Below, in pieces: positions 23,346 through 38,780 of a stretch of 64,000 nucleotides of DNA. The notes under the pieces are model-generated. The model made no database searches and was not told the origin of the DNA. It saw only the letters and a program-made list of their open reading frames with translations. Both the position numbers and the translations under genes were made by a program. The number at the start of each line of letters is the position of its first letter. Position 1 is the first letter of the stretch. Source of the DNA: Octopus sinensis (taxonomy: Eukaryota); NCBI RefSeq assembly GCF_006345805.1, contig NC_043002.1:67952001-68016000 (forward strand). The letters are read 5' to 3'.

Positions 23346-24659
23346 GCATTTCAAAAAGTGATGACATAACTCTTCAGTGTTGCAGAACAAAGAATTGTCA
23401 GGATAAAACATTAGAGCTAATGACTGTCAAACTTGGCACATAAGAAAATTGGACATTTTAGGGGGAAAGTATATAGAAACAAAGAAAATGCACATTAGGA
23501 ATAAAAGTAATGACTTTTTTTTTATAAAACAAAGATATATCATCATCATCATCATCATCGTTTAGCGTCCGTTTTCCGCGCTAGCACGGGTTGGACGGTT
23601 TGACCGGGGTCTGGGGAGCCAGGGGCTGCCCCAGGCTCCAGTCTGATCTGGCAGTGTTTCTACAGCTGGATGCCCTTCCTAACGCCAACCACTCCGCGAG
23701 TGTAGTGGGTGCTTTTTACGTGCCACCTGCACAGGTGCCAGAGGGGTCTGGCATCGGCCACGATCGGTTATTGCCTTTTTTCGTTGCATTGCGGCAGGGG
23801 GGAGGGTTCCGGCAGAGAGGAGAGAGGGAGAGAGAGTGGGGGGGTGCATGTAATATAGGGGAGCACCAGTGGGGAAGGTTTGGGGTAAAGAGAAACGATG
23901 ACAGGTAGGGTTGGTGGCAGGTTCTAGACAGAATGAAAAGTAGGAAGTAAAACGTAGGATATCACGAGTGACACATTTCAAAACAGGAGGAACATAAGAT
24001 AACAGGTTAAGTGGGACGTTTGATGAGCTGCAGCGCTAGCTGCTTCTGTCCAGGGGGAGAGAGGCAGGGGTAAAATACATAGTGAGAAAGTATATTGAGG
24101 AGGAGGGGTAGGAGGAACAGACACACGTAGTGGTGGCGGTGGTAGAGGGGATATCCGGTGAGGATGGTGTAAACAGAGTGTTCTCCGGTATGGGTGGTGG
24201 GGGTGGGAGGGCGGGCAAACCGCGAATGGCGGGCTGCGAAGATTTTGATTGGGGACAGTAGACTTAAACAATCGGGGTTTGAAGAAATGAACAAAGTAAC
24301 GAACAAATTAACTTGGTACCGAGGGGTTAAACAAATTAAAGGGTTATATTTTAAGAACAAGCAGAATTAGTGAATAGATTCGAACATTTAAGGTTTAGCG
24401 GCAAATGTATGTGTGTAGTACAAGAGTCGGAAGAAATGAAATGAGAATTCTTAGCTTGCTGGCTATGATCATCGCTGTGTGGTCAAGAAAGGGTGAATGA
24501 AAGAGAAGCACACGAGGTGATTATTTATACATATAAATTATTTGAGATGGAATTAAGAAGTATAAAAATTATTATTATGAGTTATTATAGAAAGTTAAAG
24601 TCATACCAGCTTTGTCAGAGCTGATCACTGACTTTGAATCAACACCAATTTCCAAACGG

Positions 24660-24694
<35 letters not shown>

Positions 24695-25468
24695 GCTTCT
24701 GTTCATTTCTTTTGACCAAATCCACACATAAGGCTTTGGTCGACTTGGGACTATAGTAGAAGACACTTGCCAAACGAACCACACGCTGGGACTGGACCTA
24801 AAACCATGGGATTGAGAAGTAACCTTCTAACCATCTAGCCATGCTTGCGTCTACAGTAGTATTTAATTGAGAATATTAGTGTGTAATTGAGAATCTATGA
24901 CAAGTTTACTTGGTAGGCATTCAACACATCTAAGTATCAATGTTTTATAGACTACAGATAGTTCGACCTACTTGTGTATATAAGTCTGACTGATAAACAG
25001 TCACTTGTTAAGCGAGTGGTTTCTATATTGTAATAACAGTGTTTCTTTTTGTTTTGAACTATTAAGCATTCAAGGGTACTTGAAATGGTGGTGGTGGTGT
25101 TGAAGAAAACAATTTCAATCCTATCTTTTTTATACTTATATTAAATAGAGGCAGGGGGCATGTTTTTCTTTTCTTTTTGTTTTGTTTAATATGTCTATAT
25201 TGTTTTGTTGAATATATGTGCTTGCAGCATCCTGTGGTGAAGATTGTGATACTATGAGATTGTTTCCCAATAAAAAACTGGTTCTACTGAGCTTTATTGA
25301 AGTTTGTTTAAGCATGTTTATTTTGTATGTTGACATATGAGTCAGCAGAGAATAAGAGGAGTATTTACCATGTGAATGTGTTAGCTAGGTATGACATGGA
25401 CATGAAGTGAAAGGAGAGTAATGTCTAGAGAGGTGGTTGTTCTGGTGGTTAGCTTAGTGAAGTAGAGG

Positions 25469-25517
<49 letters not shown>

Positions 25518-27153
25518 TTGTAAGCATGTAGGTGTGTTGGTATGGGTTCTTTAATATGTTACTGCTGTAACAAATTGAAAAGGTGCATAACCTAGGGGCA
25601 ATGGTAAGATCAAGATTTCAATTCCCAGATCAGGTAATGTGTTGTATTCCTGAGCAAAATACTTCATTTCACATTGCTCCATTCCACTCCATTGTAAATG
25701 AATTCCAGCAATAGCTGGGAAGTCAATCCTCATACAGACCAGTTGGTTAGTGTGTGTGTGTGTGGTGGAAGGTCATCTCATTTATACACCATGGAAACTT
25801 GGCTAAGGTCTGGTCTTATAGGTCCCAGAGCTTGACAGACCTAAGACTTAACAAACTAGATAATGTAGATCCTGATAGACACAAAGATGGAATGAGATAG
25901 TCATGGTTGATAAACTTTTAACTATATAAGTTTTTTCCACAACAACACAATGTGTTGCTATGTCATCTGATTCATGAAATAATGAGCTTCGATACAAATA
26001 TATGACATAATCTTATATAACATTCTTTCATACTTCAAAAAAACATAATTTATGAAGCTATGTTATCACTTTAACAAAGAAACAAGAGGATGCTGGATCA
26101 ACATATTCATGAAAAATAAAAATTAGTAAATAAAAGGTATGAGAATGGCTGTGTGGTTAAGAAGTTTGCATGCAACCACATGGTTTCAGGTTCAATCCCA
26201 CTGCACAGCACTTTGGGCAAATGTCTACTATAGCCCAGAGCCGACCAATGCCTTGAATTTAGAAAATGGAAACTCTGTGGGAGCCCATTATATGTCTTTT
26301 AGCTTTTTGTTCCTCGTTTCAGTTATTGGAATATGCCCACACTGGGGCAATACCTAGAAGGGCTTTTAGTCAAACAAATCAACTGCAGTGTATGTTTTTT
26401 AAGCCTGGTACTTATTCTATTGGTCTCTTTTGCTGAACAGCTAAGTTATAGAGACATAAACAAACCAAAAACAGTTATCAAGCAGTGGTGGGGGACAAAC
26501 ACAAAGATGCATGCACACACACACACACACACACTATACGTACACACTCACACACATATTCTTTTATTTGTTTCAGTCATTTGACTGCAGCCATGCTGGA
26601 GCACTGCCTTTAGTTGAGAAAACCGACCCCAGGACTTATTCCTTATAAGCTTAGTACTTATTCTATTAGTCACTTTTGCCGAACCACTAAGTTATGGGAA
26701 TATAAACACACCAGCATCAGTTGTCAAGTGATGTTGGGAGAGGGACAAACACAGACACACAAACATATACATATACATATATATATATATATATATGACA
26801 GGCTTCTTTCAGTTTCCGTCTACGAAATCCACTCACAAGGCTTTGGTCAGCCTGAGGCTATACTATAGTAGAAGACACTTACCCAAGGTGCCATGCAGTG
26901 GGACTGAACCCAGAACAATGTGGTTAGTAAGCAAGCTACTGACCACACAGCCATGTATACACAAGCAGTTGGCTTCTTTTAGTTTCCATCTACCAAATCT
27001 ACTCATAAGGCTTTAATCAGCCTGGGGCTATAGTAGAAGACAGAAGATACTAACCCAAGGTGCCACACAGTGGGACTGAACTCCAAATCATATGGCTGGA
27101 AAGAAAGTCTCTTACAACACAAGCATGCCTGCACCTATGTATTTATGTGTGTA

Positions 27154-27214
<61 letters not shown>

Positions 27215-30200
27215 TCATCATATTTTATATATATTTATGCATACACAGTGCTTCTGCATGTGCTCTTGTGCTTGTCACCCACCACCTCTTGAATACTGGT
27301 GTTGGTTTGTTTACATCCTCATAACTTAGCAGTTCAGCAAAAGACACTGATAGAATAAGTATCAGAGTTTTAACAAAAGGTTCTGGGGGTAGACAGTTCA
27401 ACTAAAACTTTTCCACGTGATGCACCAGTATGGCCGTAGTTCAATGAGTAAAACAAGTAAAAATGTAAAACGATAACACAATTACAGCTTGGAAGACACA
27501 TATTGGCCATTTGGTAACATTGGTATGATGAAAATTTTGACACCAAATAATCTATCAATGAAGTCAAGTTTATGTGTGTTTTATGAGTAACTGGCTTAGT
27601 TTCAAGTCTCAAATCAAATTGCTTGCCAGACAAGTACATTTAAAAGATATATTTATCACTTGCCCGACTTTGCACCTAAACTTGTGACTATAGCCAAATT
27701 AAAGTGATATTATATAACAGATAAAGCATATTTTAAGAAAGCAAATTAAACCTAGAATCAGAAGAAATTAGTAGAAATTGTTGATGGTCTGGTAACGTTT
27801 GTAAATTTGGGTAAATTTATATGTTGTTGAAGCAAGATAACTGATGTTTCAAGGAAAGACCTTTGATCCAACAGAAATAAAAGCCAGGGTTAAATTTTAA
27901 ATATTTCCTCACTCATGAAGACTTTGTTTGAAATGTTTGTTATCTAGACACTTCACAGCATATGACCAGGGTCACAAGTTTAAGCACGAAGTAGAACAGG
28001 TGAAATTTTTCTTGTGTTTATTTTCTTCTTATTTTACATTTCTTATGCATAAGTTGGTGCAGCACTACTGTTTGTTGTATGTATTGTTAAAACACCTAGA
28101 TTTGACACAAAATGACGACATTGCTTCATAACATTTTTTGGAGTGGCTGTGTGGTAAGTAGCTTACCAATCACATGGTTCCAGGTTCAGTCCCACTGTGT
28201 GGCACCTTGGACAAGTGTCTTCTACTATAGCCTTGGGCCAACCAAAGCCTTGTGAGTGAATTTGGTAAAGGGAAACTGAAAGAAGCCTATGCATGTATAT
28301 GCATGTATATTATATATATGTACGTGTGTGTATATGTTTGTGTGTCTGTGTTTGTCTCCCCAACATCGCTTGACAACTGATGCTGCTGTGTTTACATCCC
28401 CGTAACTTAGCGGTTTGGCAAAAGACACTGATAGAATAAGTACTAGGCTTATAAAGAATAAGTCCTGGGGTTGATTTGCTTGACTAAAGGTGGTGCTCCA
28501 GCATGGCCATAGTCAAATGACTGAAACAAGTAAAAGAGTAAAAGAATAAAACTTATTAAATTTTTTTTTTTAATGGCATATGCTTGTATATATATATGTG
28601 TTTTATGCCTGAATTTAGCTGAATTTACAAACCATATATGCTTTCACCTCAGTGCCATGTAAAAAGTGGTTGGCATTAGGAAGGGCATTTCAGCCAAAAA
28701 CAAACCTAATCAGGCTGGAACCTGGTACAGCTCTTCAACTTGCCAACTCTGGTCAAACTGTTGAACGAATGCCAATATGGAAAACAGTACAGTCTTCTCT
28801 CTTGCACACTACATCTTATGCTTCTTATACTTGTTTTTTTTTCTCTGAAGACACTAATACTCTGTTGTACTTGCACTTTGACATAGCACTTCCAACAAAT
28901 CATGCTAGTTTCATTTTAAATGTTACACACACACACACACACACACATATGTAAATGCATATATGCACATGTATTGACCTGTCCAGTTAAGTAAAATTGA
29001 GGCCATAAAGGCATGTACTTTATATTTTTTACCTGACCAGCCCACACACAATCCATCCCTAACAAACCGCTCCACCACATCATCTTCCCAAAACCTCCTT
29101 CCTCCAAATGTGCTCACCACCTGCTGCATTCCTCACCTCCTCCTCCATCTCTCAATCTCCCCTGTTGAATCTCTTCCCACAATATATCCTCCATACAACC
29201 CCTCCCTTCTACCTATCATTCTCCTTTCGCAATCTTACGAACATATCCACCCACTCACCCTATCCAATCCTTGGTCCCACTTCACTCACATACACCTCTT
29301 GGTAACTTGAATGTACCCTACTGTCATTTTCACCCTTCTACTGAGGTAGCTATGTATCTTCTTTACTGCAAGATATCTGTTTCTGTCCTAACCTCTAACC
29401 TGTCATAAAGCCACCTTCCTCATTACTACTTCCCCACTCAGTTGAGGTGTCTTGTAAATCATTTGATGACCTCACTGCTGCTGGTGCCACATAAGAAGCA
29501 CTCATTACACTTTGTAAAGTGGTTGGCACTAGGAAGGGCATCCAACTGTGGAAACCATGCCAAAGCTGACAGCAGAGCTTGGCACAGTTTTCTGACTTTC
29601 CAGTTCCTGTCGAACCATCTGACCCATGCCAGCATGGAAAACAGACATTAAATGATGATGAAGATGATGACAGGTTTCCACACAAGTTTCTGTCAACCAA
29701 ATTCCCTCACAATGCATTAGCTGGCTAGGGGTTGAAGCCGAAGACACTTGCCCAAGATACTTTGCAGTAGGATTGTCAAGTGATGTTGGGGGACAAACAT
29801 ATATATATACGACGGGCTTTTTTCAGTTTCCGTCTACCAAATCCACTCACAAGGCTTTGGTCACCCCAAGGCTATAGTAGAAGACACTTGCCCAAGGTGC
29901 CACACAGTGGGACTGAATCCAAAACCATGTGGTTGGTAAGCAAGCCACTTACCACACAGCCACTCCTGTGCCTATAACTTCTTAACTGCATATGAACTTC
30001 TTAACTATACAGCCTGTGAATATCACATTAAATTATGTGGCCCAGTGTACACTATGCTAAGGAAAAAAAAGAAAAAAAAAGCGAGAGATCACTTTGGCTG
30101 AAATGCCTTTGATCATAAGGTTACTTAACTGGGACAGACCTGGGGCTAAACAACAACAATAACTGAACTCTTGCAGTTTGTAATGACTGGGCACTGAGAC

Positions 30201-31439
30201 TTGGTTTTAAGGAGACGGGTAGCTATTCATGCTATTTTGAAGAGCATTCATTAGCTGTGTAGAATGTCTTGAGAGTATTTCCAACTTTTTCTGGGAACTG
30301 ACACCTCTATTTTTAGATAAGATAGGTTTATCACAGTGATTTACTGTAGAGTGATAGGATTTGAAGTGTATCTGATTGCAAAAATAATTGTTCCAGCATT
30401 ATACACTTACATAAATTATATTATCTTTATAATAGCAATAGACAGGAAAACAGAAAAATACTGACTAGATAAAAGAAAAACAAATAAATATAATATATAG
30501 GCGTAGGAGTGGCTGTGTGTAAGTAGCTTGCTTACCAACCACATGGTTCTGGGTTCAGTCCCACTGTATAGCACCTTGGGCATGTGTCTTCTACTATAGC
30601 CTCGGGCCAACCAAAGCTTTGTGAGTGGATTTGGTAGACGGAAACTGAAAGAAGCCTGTCGTATATATGTATATATATATATATGTATGTGTGTGTATAT
30701 GTTTGTGGGTGTATATATTTGTGTATCTGTTTTTGTTCCCCCAGCATCGCTTGACAACCGATGTTGCTGTGTTTACATCCCCATAAATTAGCAGTTCAGC
30801 AAAAGAGACCAATAGAATAAGTACTAGGCTTACAAAGAATAAGTCCTGGGGTCGATTTGCTCGACTAAAGGCGGTGCTCCAGCATGGACGCAGTCAAATG
30901 ACTGAAACAAGTAAAAGAATAAACAGCAAAAGGTGGTGATGTGGCAAAATTATTAGCTTGTCGGACAAAATGGTAAGTGGCATGCCTTGTAGCCTTTTGC
31001 CTTTTGAGTTCAAATTCTGCCAAGAAAATTTGCCTTTCATCCCTTTGGGGGTTGATAAAATAAAGTACTCGTCAAACATTGAAATTGATGTAATTGACTC
31101 GCCCTGTTTCCCTTTGAAAATCACTGGCCTTGTACTCTGCAACAGCCTGGTGTCCTGTTCAGGGGGAATGTTGTGATCTTGGTCACTTATAAACCATGGA
31201 AACCAGAAAACCAGCCCTATGAGTCCTATGGTTCAAGAAGAAAATAAAAACAAGACAGTAAAAGTAGAGGATAATGTGATGTCAAGAACTAGTTAATAAA
31301 GAACCTGTTTATCTGTATGTTGTTTCTCATACTCTTTGGACATGCCATGCTTTATCTATAAAGTTTATACTGGCCATATCATCTTCAACAGTATGAATAA
31401 CATTAACAAAGCAAATATTTTCATAAGAAAATATAGAGA

Positions 31440-32185
31440 ACTAGCTTAAGGTGACCCGCTCTATGCGGGGGTGAGGGTGTGGTTGTTACTTTCTGTTGCT
31501 TCCTTTCTGTTTCTTATCAACACATTCTCCCTCTTTGTTTCTCTCTCCTTTCTCTCTCACTTTCCCACTCTCTTACTCTTCCTTTCTCTTGGACTCTCCC
31601 TCGCTTTCTCTTACGCATGCACATAAAATCACAAAAATAATTCAAAATTACTTAAAATTTTGTGAAATTTGATACTTTTTTCTGGTATATTTTGACTGTT
31701 CATGATGCAAATGAAAGCTAAAATTTTGGCCTTTAACACAATGCCATTTTTACCCATGTCAACCAAATAATGCAAGTAAAAAAAAATTAATCTAAAAATA
31801 GGGCAAAAATGTACTCTTTTTAAAAGTTGAAAAATTTTACCCCCCCTTTCCAAAATCCCCCAAATTTTTACACCCACAATTAAAGATAACTGCCTCTAGC
31901 CCCTGCAGCAACACAAAAAGCCACCATTATTCAAACAATGCAACCTGTCTATCCCATAAAACTCAATTTTTCCCATATTCCTCACCATAGCAACCAAATG
32001 GTAGCCCCGAGCGACTTGCAACCCTCCTCACACCATTGCCCACCCCATTTTACACCCCCAGTGTAAATTTTGGTGTCAATCTGACCCCATCTAACACCCC
32101 TTAAACCGTTCCCATCCCAAAATGAGACGAATAACCAAGAAATCAAACAACTTTTTTGCATTTCAGCTTTATAGATATTGATTAT
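31440..32185 (+). mobile_element. Helentron-associated / DINE-1-like non-autonomous element; second 3-prime end copy at about 32650-32780
   Basis: 5-prime actag...acccgctctatgcggg hairpin, internal CT-rich microsatellite, 3-prime ...gcatttcagctttatagatattgatt; the ~140-bp 3-prime block is duplicated. Confidence 0.55.
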
Positions 32186-34589
32186 ATATATACACATATA
32201 TATATGTATACACATTATATATATATATATATATACACACACATATATATATAAATTAACACAATATATCTGATTAATAATATGTTATGATTGTGTGGTG
32301 GTGGTGGTGGGTGATAATAATTCACCATTCTAAAAGACCTGTGGCAGGAATATTTAAACTTTTGCAGCTGTTAACGCTTTCTCTCTATAGATACAGACAG
32401 ACGTACAGTGAAAGAGTGATAGAGAGACAGCGAAGGCGGAAAGGGAATGAGAGTGGAAGGTGTCAAACGTCATTATAGAGAGAAAGTGGAGGGAAGGAAG
32501 GAAAGAGAGAGATCAAGGAAGACAGGGTGATATCCAAAAGAGAGAAACGACAAACACTTGTCAAAGTCTGGGTTTTGTTGCCCTAGTAACCACAGCTTTT
32601 GAGATAGGGGTTTCTAACCTAGTCCAGTTGCTTCCTCGCCTCTTTTTACACGTCCCTGTAAATTTTGGCACCAATCCGACCCCATCTACCACCCCTTAAA
32701 CTGTTCCCATCCCAAAATGAGACAAACAACCAAGAAATCAAACAACTTTTTCGCATTTCAGCTTTATAGATATTGATTTACTAGCAATCTTATTTTATAT
32801 ATAGATGTAATTTTATCTTAAATAAATTTCAAGAATATTGTATTATATACAGACATACACATAGGTGGCTGTGTGGTAAGAAGTTTGTTTCCCAGACACA
32901 TGGCTCTGGGTCCAGTCCCACTATTTGCCACATGGGCAAGTGTCTTCTCCTATAGACTGGGGCTGACCAAAGTTTTGTGAGTTGATCTGGTAGATGGAAA
33001 CTCAAAGAATCCCAACATGTGGGTGTGAGTCTTTATGTCTGTTTGTCCCCCCCCCCACCACTGCTTGACAACTAGTGTTGGTGTGTTTGCATCCCCATAA
33101 CTTAGCAGTTCGGCAAAATGAGTACTGGGATCGATTCATTCAACTAAAAAGTCATGGTCGTGTCCCAGCATGACCACAGTCTAATGACTAAAATGAGTAA
33201 AAGATCAAAGATAAAGCTACTAGTCGCTTATATAGGCACAAAACCAGGAATTTTAGAGGTTGAGTATCATGGCACTCCACTGGTTACAACAACGAAGGTT
33301 CCAGTTGATCCGATCAATGGAACAGCCTGCTCGTGAAATTAACGTGCAAGTGACTGAGTACTCCACAGACACGTGTACCCTAAACATAGTTCTCGGGGCA
33401 ATTCAGCATGACACAGAGTGTGACAAAGCTGGCCCTTTGAAACACAGGTACAACAGAAACAGGAAGAAAGAGTGAGAGAAAGCTGTGATGAAAGAGTACG
33501 GCACCACACCCTGCTGGTGAAAGAGTTCAAAACTACCCCCTACCAGGGCTTTGTAGAGCTTTGGGTATTTTTACTCAATAGACACTCTAAGTGCCCAGTC
33601 TAGGAATCAAAACCGCAATCCTACGACTGCAAGTTCGCTGCCCTAACCACTAGGCCATTGCACCTCCACCGAGGTTGAGTGTATGTATATATTGTTTATA
33701 TGCATTAAGTATTTATGCTTTCCAAATATACAGAGATGTATGTATTAAAATTTACCTTATTATAGATATACATGCATGTGTATATATAAAAGAATGAGTA
33801 CATGTAGGTTATATTTATAAATGTAACTGTGTGTACATGTGTGTGTGAGAGAGAAAATGTGTGCACAGATTATAATGCTTTTATTCTTATACTTGTTTCA
33901 GTCATTTTACTGCGACCCTGCTGGAGCATCACTTTTAGTTGAGCAAATCGCCCCCAGGACTTATTCTTTGTAGGCCTAGTACTTATTCAATTGGTCTCTT
34001 TTGCTGAAACGCTATGATACGGGGATGTAAACACACTAGCATCGGTTGTGAAGCACTGTTGGGAGGGAGGGACAAACACAGACACACAAACATATACACA
34101 CATACAACGAGCTTCTTTCAGTTTCCACCTACCAAATCCACTCACAAGACTTTGGTCGGCCCAAGGCTATAGCAGAAGACAATTTTGCCCAAGGTGCCAT
34201 GCAGTGGGACTGAACCTGGAACCATGTGGTTGGTAAGCAAGCTACATACCACACAGCCGCAAAATATATACTTATGGATGTGTAAGTGAATATATATGTA
34301 TATATATATTCTGAACTCACCTGTTGAAGACAACGTGTGAGTGTTCAGCTTTTTTGCCAACAGCCTGTACAAATGCTTTGTTTATAGTGATCAAATTTAT
34401 GTGCAGTACATTAGCTCATTCCTTCCATCAAATCGATGTTGACTGAACAGATGCTCAGCGTACCATGCATCAGATGTTGAAGTGACTGCAGAGCAACATG
34501 AGATGAAGTGTTTTGCTCAAGATCACAATGCACCACCCGATCTAAGAACTGAAACCATGATTGTGAGTGCAACACCCTAACCGCTAGGC

Positions 34590-35100
34590 CAAGTATATAA
34601 GTTTGTATGGAAAAAGGTTCTTCTTTCCTAGGGATAAATTTCATCCTAGAGTACACCAGTTTAGTTCTATATTGATTAGCAATAGAAGTTCAATATATGT
34701 ATATGTACTAGTGTTCATCATTGGTTCTTCTTCGATATTAGTATTTTATACTTCTGAAATTCCAGTTGTCTCTATAGAAGTTTCCAATATTTTCGATATA
34801 GAAGAAAAAAATCTTAACAATATGGAGAAAAATGGAGAATACATACACAGGATAATCAATTTATTTAGTAATTATCATAGTTAATTCATATTGCCTACGC
34901 ATTATTTCAGTTTGTTGTTCCATCCAAAATTGTACATTTAAGTGCATTATGAAGTTGAAAGCAAAACCTTCCTTAGAGCAAATTAACTTAAATTTTTTTT
35001 ACATATAATTACAAAACTGGAAGAAATGGGCATGAAATCCAAATTGGTGAATCCCTTATGTCCTATCAAATATATTTGTAGGAGCTATATAACAGATTCA
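34590..35100. repeat. ~450-bp block duplicated in direct orientation at about 46050-46510
   Basis: Collinear similarity, e.g. gtatggaaa.aggtt.tt.ttcctagggataaattt.atcc..ag.gtacaccagt through gcaaaacct.cct.ag.gca. Confidence 0.85.
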
Positions 35101-38100
35101 TGACCAAAGACTGAAACTTGAATCGCTTCATCTTTATTTCCTTTGTTTCCTAAATTTAAACCTGTCAGAAACTAATGAAATTTGGTGAAAGAAAGGCGTA
35201 CCTAACTAAAAGTAATTCACCTCCAACCACATTGACCTAATTTAGCTTTGAACCAGATTTATATTGGCAATCAATGACAAAAACAAGTAGTTTGTCTTGG
35301 TAGCTCAAGACAGCATTTTACCATGACTAGTTTTCACACATATACTAATGAGCTTCTTCCATGCAGACCTTGTACCCTTTACCTTCTTCCTCTCACACAT
35401 TTATTCACAGACTAGTGGATGTATCATAATTACAAAATGGCAATTAAACCCAGTTCCTTTTGAGAAGGCAAGATAATCTCAAGACTCAGTATTTCTCCAA
35501 AAATGACATGCCATTAAGGAAAAGGATAAGCAGGTTGTCTGGAGAAAGAAGGACAGTTGAGGATGTGTGCTTCTGGTCCAATAGCCATCATCAGCTTGAC
35601 AATTGTCCAATCTTATCTCCAATAGCAGAGGGATTTAGACTTATATAGAAAATAATAGAATGCATTCAAAGCACAGATAATTTGCATAATTTAGATGAAA
35701 ACGAGCTAAGAGAAATAACTGAGTTGCCAGTATACCAGACAAGAAAAATTTAGTGTAAACAGACTGTTAGTCACAAAACAAACTTTTGCATTTTTGTTCA
35801 ATTGGTCATAGTTGTCATTTATTTACAAAGCAATTAAATCAAGTCAACAATAAGTTATTAACTACCTTTCATCACTTCAGTGAATACACCCAGTTATTAT
35901 TTAGTTGTTATGTACTGTCGGACACATGAGTTTTTAGCAGTTATGATGAAATAGTAAAAATGAGATTCATTGGTTTCCCTACTTTTACTTGTAAAACATT
36001 ATAAGCATTGTAAGCTGGGGTGTACTGTCTTGAAGGGTTTTTGGCCAAACAAGACAACTGCAATACTTAGATCTATTGATGCTCTGAAAGTGTAGCTGCT
36101 AGAATAAGAATAGCCTGGGCAAAGTTCAGAGAGCTCCTACCTCTGCTGGTCACAAAGGGCCACTCACTTTGATTATCTTCAAACATACATAAATACATAC
36201 ATAGATATGTGACTGTGTGTGTGTTTGTGCACATGTGCATATACAGTGATGGATTTGAGGGTTTCATTTATTTACAAGTTGATTTCTTAATTTCACCGGA
36301 GTATAAATACCTATAATGGTGATACTTAAAAAACAAAAAAAAAATCAGTTCAATTAAAAAGCATGGGTAAGCAACGCATTGTAGGCCACACTATAATTTG
36401 AGAAAAAATTTATCTGCACACAGGGTATGAATTGCCCTTCTGATGCCATTTCCATTTATATATATAATTGTTAACCTTACCTATGTCTTTAAATAAGCAA
36501 AAATTGATAAAGAAAAAGAACATCAAATAGTCAATTGCATGAACAAACTAAAAGCCTAATCATAATAATAATTAAGAACAAAGTAATTAGCTTGAAGTAT
36601 TGTGATATATGAAAGCAATAAAGAAATAATACAGAGAGATTCTTTACATTGTGAAGAGAGTATTAATGATTTGTCAATTCTTTATATATTATGTTAATTC
36701 ACTTGAAATATCATCATTATAATCATGATTATAATCTATTTTCCAGGCTTGTATGGGTTGGGCAGAATGTGTTGAGATAGATTTTCTACAGCTGGATGCC
36801 CTTCATGTTGCCAACTCTCACCTCTTTCCAAGTAAGGTAATATTTCCCATTGACCAGACATGCTTTTATAAGAGATTAAAAATGAAGTTATCCACTTACC
36901 ATAGGAAAGAAACTACTTACCATAGAACTACAGAATAAATCATTAATTCTTTCAATTGCAATATTTCTTATCATAAAAATAATGTTTTTTGTGTTATTTC
37001 ACTGACAATGATCAAGGTTTCGTCTTAGAAATTTAGTTACATAATCATAAAGTCTACTCTAATATTCTACATTTAATAAGTGTATGTGTGTGTACATAAA
37101 CACTTCTATATACATGTGTACATGTATTCTAACACACTTGCATACATGTGTGTGTGTGACTTGGTTATGTACTCCTATTCACATCAAAGTTTAATGTCAA
37201 GCCACCCATACTTCTTACATATCAACCACCTCTCACTCGCTCTTTATTATCTCTCCTCTCCTATCCCTTTACTGGTTTCTTCTCTCTGACACACATACAC
37301 ACACTCGTTTTGACAATGAATGACATGATTTGACAGTCACACATAACATACCAAAATATCTTGCTACTGTAGTTTTGTTTTGTTTTATGTGCCGAGCAAA
37401 ACATGAAGTTAGTGAAGTTAATTTTTTTAATCGGGGCTGCTCTGATAGCTTTTGTTTTAAGAAAAATTCCCAGAATTTAGCTTTTTGCTTTTTCACTTAG
37501 TCGGTTTTATAATAATTATCAAATTATAAAATTATCATAAAATGTAAATAAAGCTATATAACAAGACATCTTTAAAAAAAAAAGTGTTTTCAGCTAGTAT
37601 ATCAATTATGTTCGAAGATAAACAGGGAGGGGAGGTCTTCTTCCTTTGACTAAACCGTAAAACAACACACACACACACGTGCACACATAGACACACATCA
37701 CAACCCCACTGATTAAATTGTAACATACATCATAAGCTGCTATTAATTTACTGCTTAATGTACACTGTACTGTATGAAACCATAGATACAATGACATTTT
37801 ATATTGCTATTTTGCACTGTTGTTGCTTTTGTTGGCTAGTCATTGAAAAGTTGGGTGTGTCGATAGTATCAGGCTGTGGTAATATACTCTTTTACTCGTT
37901 TCAGTCATTTGACTGTGGCCATGCTGGAGCACCGCCTTTAGTCGAGCAAATCGACCCCAGGACTTATTCTTTGTAAGCCTAGTACTTATTCTGTCGGTCT
38001 CTTTTGCCGAACTGCTAAGTTACGGGGACGCAAACACACCAGCATCGGTTGTCAAGTGATGTTGTGGGGACAAACACAGACACACACACATATATGTACA

Positions 38101-38780
38101 TATATACAACAGGCTTCTTTCACTTTCCGTCTACCAAATCCACTCACAAGGCTTTGGTCGGCCCGAGGCTATAGTAGAAGACACTTGCCCAAGGTGCCAT
38201 GCAGTGGGACTGAACCCGGAACCATGTGGTTGGTAAGCAAGCTACTTACCACACAGCCACTCCTGCACGTATACATATTCTAAACAAAGATTAGCTTCGA
38301 GAAATGACTCAGAGTGGCCAGTGACATATATGGAAACACAATAGACATACACAAGAATATCAAACACTATACAGGATAAATTCTTGAAAAAGGGATCATC
38401 AAATTGCCATGCTTAATAAAATTAAAATAATTTTAAACTTTTAAAACTTGTCCATAGCAAAGAAAGAATTGTATGGATGCAAACTTTGATGAAGTTTTAG
38501 AATAGCTTTTCCTACCTCCATAGAAAAGGAAAATGGCATCATAAGGGAGTAGGAATGGGGATTGAAACTTTTGGAAAAATGTTTTTTCAAAATCATTATT
38601 TCTGTTGCACTGAACTGCAACCATACTTGAGCACTGCCTTGAAGGGCTTTGCCGAACAAATTGGCTCCAGTATATACTTTTTAAGTTTGACATTCTATCA
38701 GTCTCTTTTGACAAACTGCTAAGTTACAGACAAAACACATAAATAAACCAACCCCAGTCATCAAAGAATAGTGGACATAT

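Noticed and set aside
23770-24520. Pro/Leu-rich ORFs 23978-24360
   Set aside because: Low-complexity purine/pyrimidine-skewed repeat sequence with relatives at about 29.1, 54.4 and 56.2 kb; no identifiable domain.
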